Shown: positions 10,198 to 21,595 of the stretch, in pieces
How the letters are laid out: each line of letters begins with the position of its first letter
How positions within the stretch are numbered: the first letter of the stretch is position 1
From: Pirellulales bacterium
GTDB taxonomy: Bacteria; Planctomycetota; Planctomycetia; Pirellulales; JAICIG01
DNA: 64,000 nucleotides
Assembly: GCA_040901675.1 (NCBI GenBank)
Contig: JBBDYJ010000032.1
Location: forward strand, 263,371-327,370
Reading direction: 5' to 3'
The notes under the pieces: model-generated
What the model was told of the DNA's origin: nothing
The model's database searches: none
What the model saw: only the letters and a program-made list of their open reading frames with translations
Program-made: the position numbers and the translations under genes

Positions 10198-11460
10198 TCA
10201 CGTCACTTCGGCTTTGACGACGATGGCCGTGACGTCATCGGCATCGAGTTGCCCCTTGGCAAACGCGATCACGGCGTTGCACAACGCGTCAACAATCTCT
10301 TTGGCCGGCTCTCCGCGATGGCCCCGTACGATTTCCAAAGCGCGATCCACGCCGAAAGCTTTATCGTCGGCTCCCGTCGCCTCCACAACGCCATCCGTGA
10401 CAAAACAGACCAGTTCACCCGGCTCCAGCATGATTTGCGATCCGGCATCCAGCGGTATGTCGGCCGCGATGCCCAGGGGCAATCCGGTGCTTTCGAGCCT
10501 GGCCTTCACGTCGCCGGTGCGCGACAAGACGTAACCCGTCGGATGGCCGGCGCTGGCGTACGTCAGCAGGCGGTGGGCCGGATCGAGCCGAGCCAGCACC
10601 AATGTGACAAAGTGGCCCTCGAGCATGTCCGCGACCAGAGCGCGGTTGGCTAGCGTCAAGATCCGAGCCACATCCGAGTCTGTCTGGCCGAGCACACGCA
10701 GGTAGGCGCGCGTGGCGGCCATCAGCAAGGCCGGTCCAAATCCGTGTCCGCTGACATCACCGATCGCAATGCCGATCGTTCCGTCCACGAATGGAATGTA
10801 ATCGAAATAATCGCCGCCGGTCGCTTCGGCCGGATGCGAAGCCCCGTGGATGCTCCATCCCGGGCAGACAGGCGCCGAAGCCGGAAAGAGGTTTTGCTGG
10901 ATTTCACGGGCCAAGCGTATCGAGAGGCGCATCCGCTCGGCTTCGAAGCGCTCGTGCGCCTCGGCCAGCTTCCGCTCATGCTCACGGCGTTCCATTTCAC
11001 GCAACTGTTCGGCCTGCCGCTTCACCTTCTCGGTCTTCTTGAACAGGTCCACGAACGCCGCGACCTTGGCCCGCAAGATTTCGGGCACCACCGGCTTGAG
11101 CAGATAATCGACCGCGCCAATCGAATAGCCTCTGAACATATGCGCCTGGCTGTCGCCGACGGCCGTCAGGAAGATAATCGGCGTATGCTGCGACTTGATG
11201 CGTTCGCGGATGAGCGTGGCCGTTTCAAAGCCGTCCATGCCGGGCATCAGGACGTCCAAAAGGATGACGGCGAACTCGTCGTTCAGCAGGCACCTGAGAG
11301 CTTCCGCTCCAGAGCCGGCCCTGACCAGGTTCTGGCCGAGCGTGTCGAGAATGGCTTCCAGCGCGAGGAGGTTCTTGGGTTGATCGTCCACCAGCAAGAT
11401 GTTGACCGGCTTATCAACCAATGAGGCGACAGCCGGCGCTGGCGTAGGAGACGATGTCAT
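10198..11460 (-). CDS. Response regulator receiver fused to a SpoIIE/RsbU-type PP2C phosphatase
   Basis: ILLVDD...LLDVLMPGMDG receiver; GGDYFD, DVSGHG, TDGV and DDVT phosphatase motifs; start MTSSP at 11460. Confidence 0.92.
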   Translation of the reverse strand: MTSSPTPAPAVASLVDKPVNILLVDDQPKNLLALEAILDTLGQNLVRAGSGAEALRCLLNDEFAVILLDVLMPGMDGFETATLIRERIKSQHTPIIFLTAVGDSQAHMFRGYSIGAVDYLLKPVVPEILRAKVAAFVDLFKKTEKVKRQAEQLREMERREHERKLAEAHERFEAERMRLSIRLAREIQQNLFPASAPVCPGWSIHGASHPAEATGGDYFDYIPFVDGTIGIAIGDVSGHGFGPALLMAATRAYLRVLGQTDSDVARILTLANRALVADMLEGHFVTLVLARLDPAHRLLTYASAGHPTGYVLSRTGDVKARLESTGLPLGIAADIPLDAGSQIMLEPGELVCFVTDGVVEATGADDKAFGVDRALEIVRGHRGEPAKEIVDALCNAVIAFAKGQLDADDVTAIVVKAEVT

Positions 11461-11461
11461 G

Positions 11462-12304
11462 TTACGACCGCCTGCGATAGAGATGTTCGGAAGCATCGAA
11501 CTCTTCGTAACATGCTTCGTGCGGAGTGAACCTGATCGACTCTTTGCTCCCCAACCCCAGAAAGCCGCCGATCGCAAGGCTGTCGAACAGAAGGTCGTGC
11601 ACACGGTCGGCCAACGGTTTATTGAAATAGATCATCACGTTCCGGCAGAGTATCACTTGGAACTCGTTGAACGAAGCGTCGGTGACCAGATTGTGCTGTG
11701 AAAAGACGGTGCCTTGGCTGAGGGTCCGCTGGAAAATCACGTGCTCGTGACCGGATGTGTAATAGTCGGAGAGCGACCGTTGTCCACCCGCCTGTTGGTA
11801 ATTGGCCGTGTATTCGGGCAAGGCGGCAGCCGGGAAGATGCCGGCCTTGGCTTTGGCCAGCACCGCCTCGCTCATGTCGGTGGCATAAACTCGGCACTTG
11901 GGATAGAGGCCCTCCTCCGTGAGCAGGATCGTCATGGAATACACTTCCTCGCCCGTTGAGCAGCCGACGTGCCAAACGCGAATGAAGGGAGTGGATCGTA
12001 GTAAAGGAACAACCTTGGCCCGCAGAGCCAGGTAAAAACCCGGATCGCGGAACATCGAGGTCACATGGACCGTCACGGTCAGCAGGAACCGCTCCATGCA
12101 GTCCCGGTCGTGCAGCAATTTCTCCTGCAACTGAGCGATCGTTTGAAGCTCTTCAGCGGCGATCATGGTCCAGATTCTGCGCCGGATTGAACTGTACGCA
12201 TAATCTCGGAAATCGAACCCGTAGCGCCGGAAGACACCCTCCAAAAGCAATTGGATCTCGATGGCTTCCGAATCGGGCTCTTCGGCACTCAAGTCAATGG
12301 CCAA
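11462..12304 (-). CDS. cheR: CheR-type protein-glutamate O-methyltransferase
   Basis: VTSMFRD, GCSTGEEVYS and ILCRNVMIYF motifs. Confidence 0.92.
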   Translation of the reverse strand: MAIDLSAEEPDSEAIEIQLLLEGVFRRYGFDFRDYAYSSIRRRIWTMIAAEELQTIAQLQEKLLHDRDCMERFLLTVTVHVTSMFRDPGFYLALRAKVVPLLRSTPFIRVWHVGCSTGEEVYSMTILLTEEGLYPKCRVYATDMSEAVLAKAKAGIFPAAALPEYTANYQQAGGQRSLSDYYTSGHEHVIFQRTLSQGTVFSQHNLVTDASFNEFQVILCRNVMIYFNKPLADRVHDLLFDSLAIGGFLGLGSKESIRFTPHEACYEEFDASEHLYRRRS

Positions 12305-12317
12305 ATGCTTCCTCCGC

Positions 12318-15300
12318 CTATCGGTACAGCCAGACCCGCAACAACGCGAGTAACCGCTCGGAATTCACGGGCTTGGCAATATAGTCCGAGGCGCCGGCCT
12401 CGATGCACTTGTCGCGATCGCCCTTCATGGCCTTGGCCGTCAAGGCAATGATCGGCAGCGACCGGAACGACTCGATTCGCCGGATGGACCGCATCGCTTC
12501 GTATCCATCCATCAGCGGCATCATGATATCCATCAGAACCAGGTCGACGTCCGGGGTGTGCGACAGGACATCGAGGGCTTCCCTGCCATTCTCGGCGTAG
12601 ACCACCTGCATTGTGTGCCGTTCCAAGACGGCCGTGAGAGCATAGATATTGCGCAAGTCATCATCGACGATGAGCACCTTCTTTCCGGCCATGATGTGGT
12701 CTGTTTCGTGAACCTGGGCGAGCATCCGTTTCTTGAATTCCGGCAGATTCGCCTCCACGCGGTGTAGAAACAGGGCAGTCTGGTCGAGGAGACGCGCGGG
12801 CGACTCGGCATCCTTGATGATCACGCCTCGCGCAAGGTCGTTCAGCTTCGCACTCTCCTCCTTGGTCAAGTCCTTGCCGGTGTAGACAACGACGGGCAGC
12901 TCGCGCAAGGCGGGCTCACGGCGAATCACTTGAAGCAAGTCCAATCCGCTCATGTCCGGGAGCACAAGGTCAAGAACCATGCAGTCGAACGGGGCGGCCC
13001 TTAACTCGGCCAAGGCCTCGGCGGCGGTGGCCACGGCGGTCATCTGGACGTCGCCGTCGCCCACCAGTTCCCGAATAGGCTCCCATTGGCTTTGGTCGTC
13101 TTCCACAACGAGCAACTTCTTTACTTGCCGATCGAGGAAGGCGTGAATTCCTCCAAGCGCCTCGGCGAGCGCATCCTTGCTGACGGGCTTGGGGATGCAG
13201 GCCAGGGCTCCCAACTTCAGCCCGCGGTTCACCTCATCCGCAATCGACATGATTTCCACCGGAATATGGCGCGTTCGCGGATCATGTTTCAATCGGTCGA
13301 GCACGGCCCAGCCCTTCATGTCGGGCAACTGGATGTCGAGGATGACCGCATCGGGACTCAGGCGGTGCGCCATGGCCAGGCCTTCCTCGCCATTGGGCGC
13401 GATAACGCCCTTGAAGCTTCTTTCACGGGCCATCTCCAGCAGGATCTGAGCGAACTTCCTGTCATCCTCGACAATCAGCAATACGCGGTCCTTCGGTTGA
13501 ATAATGTGGCGGTCGTCGTCTTCTTCTTGATCGGTTGCGGCTGAGGCCATTGCCTCTGGGCGATTGGGCCGCGGCTCGTTTGCAGGCTGCTTCCACGGTC
13601 CGAGACGTGTCCCAGGCGTGGACTGGATGTCGCGTGCGGACTGCGCCTGGCGGCCGCGCTGGCTCGCATCGCCGGATGATGCTTCCCGCGGCGGGGCAGG
13701 TGGCTGGCCTTCGCCCAGCGCAGTCGTGGCCCCGGCCGAAGCCGATCTTTGCCGCGGCGCGCCGTGGACCAGCGAAGAATCCCGCGGCACGTAGAGGGTG
13801 AACGTGCTTCCCTTGCCCGGAGTGCTCAGCACTCGGATTTCGCCCCCCAGCAGCCGAGCGATTTCTCGGCTGATCGACAATCCCAGCCCCGTGCCGCCGT
13901 ACTCCCGGCTGGTGCTCATGTCGGCCTGCTGGAAAGGCTCGAAAATGACCCGCAGCTTGTCAGCGGGGATGCCAATGCCGGTGTCCGTGACAGCGAAGGC
14001 GATTACCTGGCCGGCCCGGTTGAGCGACTCATGGTCGGGGCTCCAACCAAATCTGGCCACTTGGATATCGAGCTGGACCTGGCCGTGCGCCGTGAATTTA
14101 AAGGCATTCGAGAGCAGGTTCTTGAGAACCTGCTGCAACCGCTGCACGTCGGTCGAAATGGCAGGCGGGAGGTTCGGCGCCAGCTTCATCATAAAGCCCA
14201 GGCCTTTGTCCTGCGCCACTTGCCTGAACGTCCGTTCCAGGTAATCGCATATCTCACCGAACGGCTTCTCCGTGACCTCCATGCTGACGGCGCCCGATTC
14301 GACCTTCGACATGTCGAGAATGTCGTTGATTAACGCTAAGAGGTCGCTCCCGGAAGAGTAAATGTTCCTGGCGAAGTCGATCTGCTTGGACGTGAGATTT
14401 TCGTCGGGATTCCCCGCCAGCAGCTCGGCCAGGATTAACAGGCTGTTCAGCGGCGTCCGCAATTCGTGCGACATGTTGGCCAGGAACTCGGACTTGTATT
14501 TCGACGTGAGCTGAAGCTGCTCGGCCTTCTCCTGCAGCGCGCGGCGGGCCAGCTCGATTTCCTCGTTCTTTGCCTCGACCTCCGTCTTCTGATTCGACAA
14601 GAGTTCTGCCTTCTCCTCCAATTCTTCGTTGGTCTGTTGCAACTGCTCCCGCTGGCTCTTGAGCAGTTCTTCCGATTCGCGCAAGGTGGCGGCCTGTTCC
14701 TCCAACCGCGCGTTGGTGTCGCGCAGCTCTTCCTGCTGGCTTTGCAGCTCTTCCGCCAGCGACTGCGATTGTTTCAGGAGGGCCTCGGTGCGCATGCTGG
14801 CGGCCAGCGTGTTGAGCACGATTCCGATTCCCTCGGCAAGCTGGTCGAGAAATGTCAGTTGAATGTCGTTGAATCGGTTGAACGACGCCAACTCGACCAC
14901 CGCCATCACCTCGTCCTCGAACATGACCGGCAAGACGACAATATCGCGAGGCGGGGCTTCCCCGAGCCCCGAGTTGATTCGGACATAGTCGTCTGGCACC
15001 TCGGTCAGCAGGATTCGTTCCTTTTCCAGGGCCGCCTGTCCGATCAGGCCCTCGCCCAAGTGGAACTGATTGGCAAGCGACTTGCGCTTCTTAAAGGCAT
15101 ACCCCGACAACAACTTGAGTACCGGCGCATCGGGTGCCCGGTCCATGATATAAAAGACGCCATGTCGCACGGAAACGACAGGGGCCAATTCCGAAAGGAT
15201 CGTCCGCGCCACGGTGAGCAGGTCCTTCTGCCCCTGCAGCATCCGCGTAAAGCGTGCCAGGTTCGTCTTGAGCCAATCCTGCTCGGTGTTCTTCCGCGTG

Positions 15301-18300
15301 GTTTCACGGAGGTTGCCGATCATCTCGTTGATGCTGTCCTTGAGCGCCGCCACCTCACCGAGCGCCTCGACCCGGATGCTTTGCGTCAGATCGCCCTTGG
15401 TCACGGCCCGCGCGACTTCGGCGATCGCTCGCACTTGCGTGGTCAGATTCGCGGCGAGTTGATTGACGTTGTCCGTCAGGTCCCGCCATGTTCCCGTCGC
15501 CCCTGGCACTTTCGCCTGGCCGCCCAACTTACCCTCGAAGCCCACTTCGCGCGCCACCGTCGTCACCTGCGCGGCAAATGTGGCAAGCGTGTCGCTCATT
15601 TCGTTGATGGTCTCGGTCAACGCCGCGATCTCGCCCTTCGACTCGACGAGCAGTTTTTGCTTCAGATCGCCGCCTGCCACGGCGGTGACGACCTTGGCAA
15701 TGCCCCGCACTTGCGAAGTCAGGTTGGCGGCCATGATGTTGACGTTGTCGGTCAAGTCTTTCCAAATGCCGGCCACCCCTTTCACAATCGCCTGCCCGCC
15801 TAGCTGTCCTTCCGTGCCCACCTCGCGGGCCACACGCGTCACTTCGGAGGCAAAGGAGCTGAGCTGGTCCACCATCGTGTTGATGGTGCTCTTGAGCTCC
15901 TGGATCTCGCCTTTGGCGCCTACGGTGATCTTCTTCGAGAGGTCGCCGTTGGCTACCGCCGTGGTCACTTCGGCGATGTTCCGCACCTGGGTCGTCAGAT
16001 TGTCGGCCATCGAGTTGACGCTGTCGGTCAGGTCCTTCCAGATGCCGGCGACTTCTTTCACGACCGCCTGTCCACCCAGCTTACCGTCGGTGCCGACCTC
16101 GCGGGCGACCCGCGTGACCTCCGAGGCAAAGGAGCTGAGCTGATCCACCATCGTGTTGATCGTCTGTTTCAGCTCCAGGATCTCGCCCCGGACGTCCACG
16201 GTGATCTTCTTCGACAGGTCGCCGTTGGCAACCGCCGTGGTCACTTCGGCGATGTTGCGCACCTGGGCCGTCAGGTTGTCGCCCATCAGGTTGACGTTAT
16301 CCGTCAAGTCCTTCCAAATGCCGGCGACGCCCTCGACTTCCGCCTGGCCGCCTAGTTCTCCTTGCGTCCCCACCTCACGGGCGACGCGTGTCACCTCGGC
16401 GGCGAAGGAGCCGAGCTGGTCGACCATCGTGTTGATGGTGTCCTTCAGCTCCAAGATCTCGCCTTTCACATCGACCGTGATCTTCTTGGAGAGATCGCCC
16501 AGCGCGACCGCGGTAGTCACTTCGGCGATATTGCGGACCTGGCCGGTCAGGTTGGCGGCCATCGAGTTGACGCTGTCGGTCAAGTCTTTCCACGTGCCGG
16601 CGACGCCGGGAACAATCGCCTGGCCGCCCAGGTTGCCTTCCGTGCCGACCTCGCGGGCAACCCGCGTGACCTCCGAGGCAAAGGCGCCAAGCTGGTCCAC
16701 CATCGTATTGATGGTTTCCTTCAATTCCAGGATCTCGCCCCGGACATGAACGGTAATCTTCTTCGAGAGGTTGCCGTTGGCCACTGCCGTAGTTACTTCC
16801 GCGATATTGCGGACCTGGCCGGTCAGGTTGGCGGCCATCGAGTTGACGCTGTCGGTCAGGTCTCGCCAGGTTCCGGCCACGCCTTCGACTACGGCCTGCC
16901 CGCCCAGGTTCCCTTCCGTGCCGACCTCGCGGGCAACGCGTGTCACCTCCGAAGCAAAAGAGCTGAGCTGGTCGACCATCGTGTTGATCGTGTCCTTCAA
17001 CTCGAGGATCTCTCCCCGGACGTTGACGGTGATCTTTTTCGACAGATCCCCCCTGGCCACTGCCGTAGTCACTTCGGCAATATTGCGGACCTGGCCGGTC
17101 AAGTTGGCGGCCATCATGTTCACGTTGTCGGTGAGATCTTTCCAGGTGCCGGCAACGCCGGGAACAGCGGCCTGGCCTCCCAGTCGGCCTTCCGTGCCCA
17201 CCTCGCGGGCGACGCGCGTGACTTCGGCAGCAAAAGAGCCGAGCTGGTCCACCATCGTGTTGATGGTGTTCTTCAGCTCGAGGATCTCCCCCTTCACGTC
17301 GACCGTGATCTTTTTCGAGAGTTCGCCGCCGGCCACCGCGGTGGTCACTTCGGCGATGTTGCGGACCTGGCCGGTCAGGTTGGCGGCCATCGAGTTGACG
17401 CTGTCGGTCAAGTCCTTCCACGTGCCGGCGACGCCGGGAACACTGGCCTGGCCGCCAAGCTTGCCTTCCGTGCCGACCTCGCGCGCCACGCGCGTGACCT
17501 CGGCCGCGAAAGAGCTCAACTGGTCCACCATCGTGTTGATGGTGTCCTTCAGCTCGAGGATCTCCCCCTTGACGTCGACCGTGATCTTTTTGGAGAGGTC
17601 GCCGTTGGCCACGGCGGTGGTCACGTCGGCGATGTTACGCACCTGGCCCGTGAGGTTGCCGGCCATGAAATTGACATTGTCGGTCAGATCCTTCCAGGTT
17701 CCAGCGACGCCCGGCACGCTGGCCTGGCCGCCCAATCGCCCTTCGGTGCCGACCTCGCGGGCAACGCGCGTGACCTCCGAGGCAAAGGAGCTGAGCTGGT
17801 CGACCATCGTGTTGATCGTGTCCTTGAGCTCGAGCAGCTCGCCCTTGACGTCGACCGTGATCTTCTTGGACAGGTTGCCATTGGCCACCGCGGTAGTTAC
17901 CTCCGCAATGTTGCGGACCTGGCCGGTCAGGTTGGCGGCCATCATGTTGACGTTGTCGGTGAGATGCTTCCAGGTGCCGGCAACGCCCTTGACTTCTGCC
18001 TGGCCGCCCAATCGCCCTTCGGTGCCGACCTCGCGGGCAACGCGCGTGACTTCCGAGGCAAAGGAGCCGAGTTGGTCGACCATCGTGTTGATCGTGTCCT
18101 TGAGCTCCAGGATTTCGCCCTTGGCATCCACGGTGATTCTCTTGGAAAGATCCCCGGCGGCGACGGCCGTTGTCATTGCGGCGATGTTCCGCAGTTGGCT
18201 GGTCAGATTGCCCGTCATGGAGTTGACGTTGTCGGTCAGATCCTTCCAGATGCCGGCCACGCCGGGAACGGTCGCCTGTCCGCCAAGCTTGCCCTCGATG

Positions 18301-18797
18301 CCAACCTCACGGACGACGCGGGTCACTTCGGAAGCAAATGAACCGAGCTGGTCCACCATCGTGTTCACGGTCTTGCCGATGCTCAGGAAGTCCCCGTCCA
18401 GGGACCGTCCTTCGTGTTCGACCGCCATGCGAAGCGACAAGTCGCCCCTGGCAACGGCGCCGACCACGCGGGCGACCTCCGCCGTTGGATAGACCAGCTC
18501 GTCAACGAGCGAGTTGACCGAGTCGACCCACGTTGCCCACGAGCCGGTGTGGCCGCCGCGCGGCAGGCGATGGGCGGTCTTTCCCTCCGTGCCGAGAGCG
18601 TTTTTAAGCGTCTCGACGTCCTTGACCGACTGCTCCAGGAGCGATGCTACCTCATTGAATGCTGTTGCAAGCTCTCCGGCGGCGCCGGTCTGATCGAGCC
18701 CAAGGCGCGTGCTGAAGTCGCCCAGCTTGATCGACCGCAGGGCTGCAAGCAGATGACTGACGTCAATATTTCCGCCGGGCGACGAGATGGTTACCAT
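12318..18797 (-). CDS. Soluble poly-HAMP hybrid histidine kinase (HAMP array-GAF-HisKA-HATPase-3x receiver)
   Basis: 11 copies of an approximately 92-aa unit containing GxLGGQAxVxGVAGxWKDLTDx[13 protein letters not shown]-box; [17 protein letters not shown]; three receiver domains; no transmembrane segment. Confidence 0.95.
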   Translation of the reverse strand: MVTISSPGGNIDVSHLLAALRSIKLGDFSTRLGLDQTGAAGELATAFNEVASLLEQSVKDVETLKNALGTEGKTAHRLPRGGHTGSWATWVDSVNSLVDELVYPTAEVARVVGAVARGDLSLRMAVEHEGRSLDGDFLSIGKTVNTMVDQLGSFASEVTRVVREVGIEGKLGGQATVPGVAGIWKDLTDNVNSMTGNLTSQLRNIAAMTTAVAAGDLSKRITVDAKGEILELKDTINTMVDQLGSFASEVTRVAREVGTEGRLGGQAEVKGVAGTWKHLTDNVNMMAANLTGQVRNIAEVTTAVANGNLSKKITVDVKGELLELKDTINTMVDQLSSFASEVTRVAREVGTEGRLGGQASVPGVAGTWKDLTDNVNFMAGNLTGQVRNIADVTTAVANGDLSKKITVDVKGEILELKDTINTMVDQLSSFAAEVTRVAREVGTEGKLGGQASVPGVAGTWKDLTDSVNSMAANLTGQVRNIAEVTTAVAGGELSKKITVDVKGEILELKNTINTMVDQLGSFAAEVTRVAREVGTEGRLGGQAAVPGVAGTWKDLTDNVNMMAANLTGQVRNIAEVTTAVARGDLSKKITVNVRGEILELKDTINTMVDQLSSFASEVTRVAREVGTEGNLGGQAVVEGVAGTWRDLTDSVNSMAANLTGQVRNIAEVTTAVANGNLSKKITVHVRGEILELKETINTMVDQLGAFASEVTRVAREVGTEGNLGGQAIVPGVAGTWKDLTDSVNSMAANLTGQVRNIAEVTTAVALGDLSKKITVDVKGEILELKDTINTMVDQLGSFAAEVTRVAREVGTQGELGGQAEVEGVAGIWKDLTDNVNLMGDNLTAQVRNIAEVTTAVANGDLSKKITVDVRGEILELKQTINTMVDQLSSFASEVTRVAREVGTDGKLGGQAVVKEVAGIWKDLTDSVNSMADNLTTQVRNIAEVTTAVANGDLSKKITVGAKGEIQELKSTINTMVDQLSSFASEVTRVAREVGTEGQLGGQAIVKGVAGIWKDLTDNVNIMAANLTSQVRGIAKVVTAVAGGDLKQKLLVESKGEIAALTETINEMSDTLATFAAQVTTVAREVGFEGKLGGQAKVPGATGTWRDLTDNVNQLAANLTTQVRAIAEVARAVTKGDLTQSIRVEALGEVAALKDSINEMIGNLRETTRKNTEQDWLKTNLARFTRMLQGQKDLLTVARTILSELAPVVSVRHGVFYIMDRAPDAPVLKLLSGYAFKKRKSLANQFHLGEGLIGQAALEKERILLTEVPDDYVRINSGLGEAPPRDIVVLPVMFEDEVMAVVELASFNRFNDIQLTFLDQLAEGIGIVLNTLAASMRTEALLKQSQSLAEELQSQQEELRDTNARLEEQAATLRESEELLKSQREQLQQTNEELEEKAELLSNQKTEVEAKNEEIELARRALQEKAEQLQLTSKYKSEFLANMSHELRTPLNSLLILAELLAGNPDENLTSKQIDFARNIYSSGSDLLALINDILDMSKVESGAVSMEVTEKPFGEICDYLERTFRQVAQDKGLGFMMKLAPNLPPAISTDVQRLQQVLKNLLSNAFKFTAHGQVQLDIQVARFGWSPDHESLNRAGQVIAFAVTDTGIGIPADKLRVIFEPFQQADMSTSREYGGTGLGLSISREIARLLGGEIRVLSTPGKGSTFTLYVPRDSSLVHGAPRQRSASAGATTALGEGQPPAPPREASSGDASQRGRQAQSARDIQSTPGTRLGPWKQPANEPRPNRPEAMASAATDQEEDDDRHIIQPKDRVLLIVEDDRKFAQILLEMARERSFKGVIAPNGEEGLAMAHRLSPDAVILDIQLPDMKGWAVLDRLKHDPRTRHIPVEIMSIADEVNRGLKLGALACIPKPVSKDALAEALGGIHAFLDRQVKKLLVVEDDQSQWEPIRELVGDGDVQMTAVATAAEALAELRAAPFDCMVLDLVLPDMSGLDLLQVIRREPALRELPVVVYTGKDLTKEESAKLNDLARGVIIKDAESPARLLDQTALFLHRVEANLPEFKKRMLAQVHETDHIMAGKKVLIVDDDLRNIYALTAVLERHTMQVVYAENGREALDVLSHTPDVDLVLMDIMMPLMDGYEAMRSIRRIESFRSLPIIALTAKAMKGDRDKCIEAGASDYIAKPVNSERLLALLRVWLYR
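15400..18400 (-). repeat. Intragenic tandem array of approximately 276-bp units (poly-HAMP); boundaries approximate
   Basis: Recurrent DNA words such as gagctggtcgaccatcgtgttgat and gttggcggccatcgagttgacgctgtcggtca at a 276-nt period. Confidence 0.9.
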
Positions 18798-19427
18798 CGA
18801 CCAATCACTCCAGGATCATGGCGCTAAGCGGCGATGTCCCGGCGACTGCCAGACACACGCGTTAGCGCTGAGTTTGCGCTGAAAGCGCGCAGAAAACTTG
18901 CCGGATCGGCTCTAGACAGTCGGAGGAGATCCGACTTGTCAGGGCGAAGGTCCACTCGCATCGACGCCTGGGACAATCGCGCAGTCGGGACAGGTGCCTG
19001 ACACTGACCGGACTCTCTCGAAGCCACCCAATCGCCGTTCAGCGCGAAACCGGCATGCCACGAATTGAGCTAAGATAGCGACTGATAATATAATTGCTCG
19101 ACTTCGGCTTCGGCGCTGCCCAAACACGGATAGCTTTGTCTGGAACCGTACTGCTTTCTTTCCTGCGAGTCTTTCGCCGTGCGACCCCGGCCTTAGGAGC
19201 CGCTCCGATATGTTGCGGCAAAATTCCATCCAAGGCAATAAAAATCGCTGAAATCCAAAAAAACAGGCTTGACAGCGGGGCGAGCCCTCCAATTGGGGCA
19301 GGCCCCATGGGCCTCAGGCCACACGCGGCCCCGAACTGTTCACCATTCCGTGCGAATTTCCACCGGCCTTAGCCAGATTGTCTATCGAGCATGCGGCAAT
19401 TGATGGCCTCGCCCATGTTAATGCGCC

Positions 19428-20411
19428 GTGCTGAACGCGGTTCGCCTGGTGATGAACCCTTCCCTGGCGGAACAGAACCGACCCGTGCGACCGATCGGCG
19501 AGGGGCGCGTGGTGTTGGCGGCCGGCAGCGGGTTTCTGGGCCAATCGTTGGCGCGGGAACTGACGGACCGCGGCTACGAGGTGGTCATTCTGACAAGGTC
19601 GGCCAATGGCGTGCCCACAACCGGACGAGCGGTGCTCTGGGACGGCAAAACGGTGGGCGATTGGGTGTCGGCGGTCGACGGAGCGGAAGCGGTTGTCAAT
19701 CTGGCGGGCAAGAACGTCAATTGCCGCTACACCAGGAAAAACCTGCGAGAAATCGACGAGTCTCGCGTCGACTCGGTTCGGGCTATCGCCGAGGCCGTTC
19801 GCCGCAGCGCCCGGCCGCCCAGGGTTTGGGTGCAAGCCGGTACGCTGGCCATCTACGGTGATCGTGGCCAGAAACTCTGCGACGAAACGACGCCGCCGGG
19901 CGAAGGGATCCCCGTGCAAACGGCGATGGCCTGGGAGCAGGCTTTCCAGGCGAATCCCACTCCGCAGACGCGGCGCGTGCTCTTGAGAATCAGCTTTGCC
20001 TTGGGAACAGGGGGTGGAGCGTTGGCCACGTTGACGGCGCTTACCCGTCGGTTCCTCGGGGGGAGGATTGCCAGCGGCCGGCAATACATAAGCTGGATCC
20101 ACCTGGCGGATCTGAACCGCATGTTCGTCTGGGCCATCGAGCGGGACGACATCGAAGGAGTGTTCAACGCCACCGCGCCCCACCCGGTCACGAACGCGAC
20201 ATTCATGGGCGAGCTGCGCCGGGTGCTCGGCAGACCCTGGTCGCCGCCGGTTCCTGGTTGGGCGGTCCGGCTGGGCGCATTTTTCTTGCGGACCGAGCCG
20301 GTGCTGGCATTGACGGGCCGCCGCGGCATACCCACGCGTTTCATCGACAAGGGATTTGAGTTCGAGCATCCGGAGCTGCCGGCGGCGCTAGAGAACGTGT
20401 TCGCGGATTGA
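19428..20411 (+). CDS. TIGR01777/YfcH-family NAD-dependent epimerase-like protein
   Basis: AAGSGFLG, VVNLAG, SRVDS, SWIHLAD and FNATAPHPV motifs; the start may be the ATG at 19452. Confidence 0.9.
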   Translation: MLNAVRLVMNPSLAEQNRPVRPIGEGRVVLAAGSGFLGQSLARELTDRGYEVVILTRSANGVPTTGRAVLWDGKTVGDWVSAVDGAEAVVNLAGKNVNCRYTRKNLREIDESRVDSVRAIAEAVRRSARPPRVWVQAGTLAIYGDRGQKLCDETTPPGEGIPVQTAMAWEQAFQANPTPQTRRVLLRISFALGTGGGALATLTALTRRFLGGRIASGRQYISWIHLADLNRMFVWAIERDDIEGVFNATAPHPVTNATFMGELRRVLGRPWSPPVPGWAVRLGAFFLRTEPVLALTGRRGIPTRFIDKGFEFEHPELPAALENVFAD

Positions 20412-20556
20412 CACGAGCACCCGCGGTTCTGATTTGGTCGATGGCAAACCAAGGGCACGCAGCGAAAGCCAACGAAGCCAATGACTTCAACTCTTCAACG
20501 GCAAGCCGGGTCTTGCTAAAATCCGGCTTGTTGGCGAGCCAGAGAGCCGGTGAACG

Positions 20557-20976
20557 ATGCCACTGAATCGAACACTTCCGATGATAGCCACTGTACTCGC
20601 GCTGATTATCCTTGCCGGTTGTAGTGAGAGGAATGAACCACTGCCACGGCAAGGCAAGCAAACCGAGATGGAGGAGATCTGGTTCGACCTCCGTGCGGCA
20701 ACCTTACGCTACGCAGAGAAGAACAAACGGACGGACGGAATGGAGGTGTTGTTAGACGACCTGACCAATGAAGTCGGAGGGCCTGTCGCACCTGAGGGCG
20801 AGAGCAGTTTTGTTGCCGATGGTTGGTCAGTGGACCTGAAGAAGCGGACCATGAGCAAAGTAGTATTTGGCCCCGGGCACATCTACAGCCTGGCGATAAC
20901 CTTCGATTCCGACGGGGGCGCTGTCCAGGTGCGGGAAGTGGGCATAACAAGAGACACCGTGGAAGCCGACGAATGA
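20557..20976 (+). CDS. Hypothetical lipoprotein
   Basis: Signal peptide ending in lipobox LAGC; lower GC than its neighbours. Confidence 0.65.
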   Translation: MPLNRTLPMIATVLALIILAGCSERNEPLPRQGKQTEMEEIWFDLRAATLRYAEKNKRTDGMEVLLDDLTNEVGGPVAPEGESSFVADGWSVDLKKRTMSKVVFGPGHIYSLAITFDSDGGAVQVREVGITRDTVEADE

Positions 20977-21037
20977 CGGCGATCAACGCCTCATCCGTAG
21001 TTCACTCCGATCCGTCATCGTTGGACGCGTGCCCTTT

Positions 21038-21132
21038 AGCCCGCGAAGCGGGCGGCAGTTAATAGCCGGGCGGCGGTTAGCCCCCGGTTGCCGATCAAGA
21101 AACCTGTTTTCAGCCCGCGAAGCGGGCGACAG
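21038..21132 (+). repeat. Doublet of palindromic REP-like units AGCCCGCGAAGCGGGCG(G/A)CAG
   Basis: Copies at 21038-21058 and 21112-21132, each a GCCCGC-GAA-GCGGGC hairpin, between convergent genes. Confidence 0.75.
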
Positions 21133-21181
21133 TCAATAACGCATGGCGTGAGCCGGCGTGAGGCAGGTCCTCGCCATTCGA

Positions 21182-21553
21182 TCAACTTGGGGACGGAGGC
21201 CGCATCTGGCGCGCACACCCAGTGACCTTCACCCACCATGCGTTGGCGTCCATCCTGTGGGGCTCGAGGAGTTTGGAGAGTCGTTTGCTCGGATTCGCGA
21301 ACCTTCCCCATTTAACGTCGACTGAAAAGGAGCGGCTCGAAGCCGCTTTCATCTGGATTGGACGAGCAACAAAGGCGTCCACGCTAGTCCGCAGATCGGC
21401 ATAGGCGATCAGGTCAATCCCGCGGTCGCGCGCCGGTAGCGCAACCTCAAGGCCCGCCCGCAAAAGGTCGTCAATCAGGCGATTGCGGCCAAGCAATTCG
21501 ATGAGCTGCGTGTCGGTGATAGGTAGGACAGGATTGAGTGAGGTGCTTTGCAT
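21182..21553 (-). CDS. Short PD-(D/E)XK nuclease-like protein, possibly internally deleted
   Basis: EVALPARDRGIDLIAY...PIQMKAAS fits a D...QxK restriction-nuclease-fold motif; only 123 aa. Confidence 0.5.
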   Translation of the reverse strand: MQSTSLNPVLPITDTQLIELLGRNRLIDDLLRAGLEVALPARDRGIDLIAYADLRTSVDAFVARPIQMKAASSRSFSVDVKWGRFANPSKRLSKLLEPHRMDANAWWVKVTGCARQMRPPSPS

Positions 21554-21595
21554 GAGCGAGTCCCCATTGACAAGGCCATTAGCACGCTGGCGCTT

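Noticed and set aside
11462..12304. Chemotaxis gene cluster
   Set aside because: No cheA, cheW, cheY-only gene or MCP in the window
14466..18492. Long repetitive plus-strand ORFs and a CRISPR-like periodicity
   Set aside because: The period is 276 nt with no unique spacers; it is the antisense of the poly-HAMP coding array
19043..19060. sigma54-like site upstream of the HAMP kinase (TGGCATG-CCGG-TTTC)
   Set aside because: The -12 element lacks the conserved GC at the required spacing
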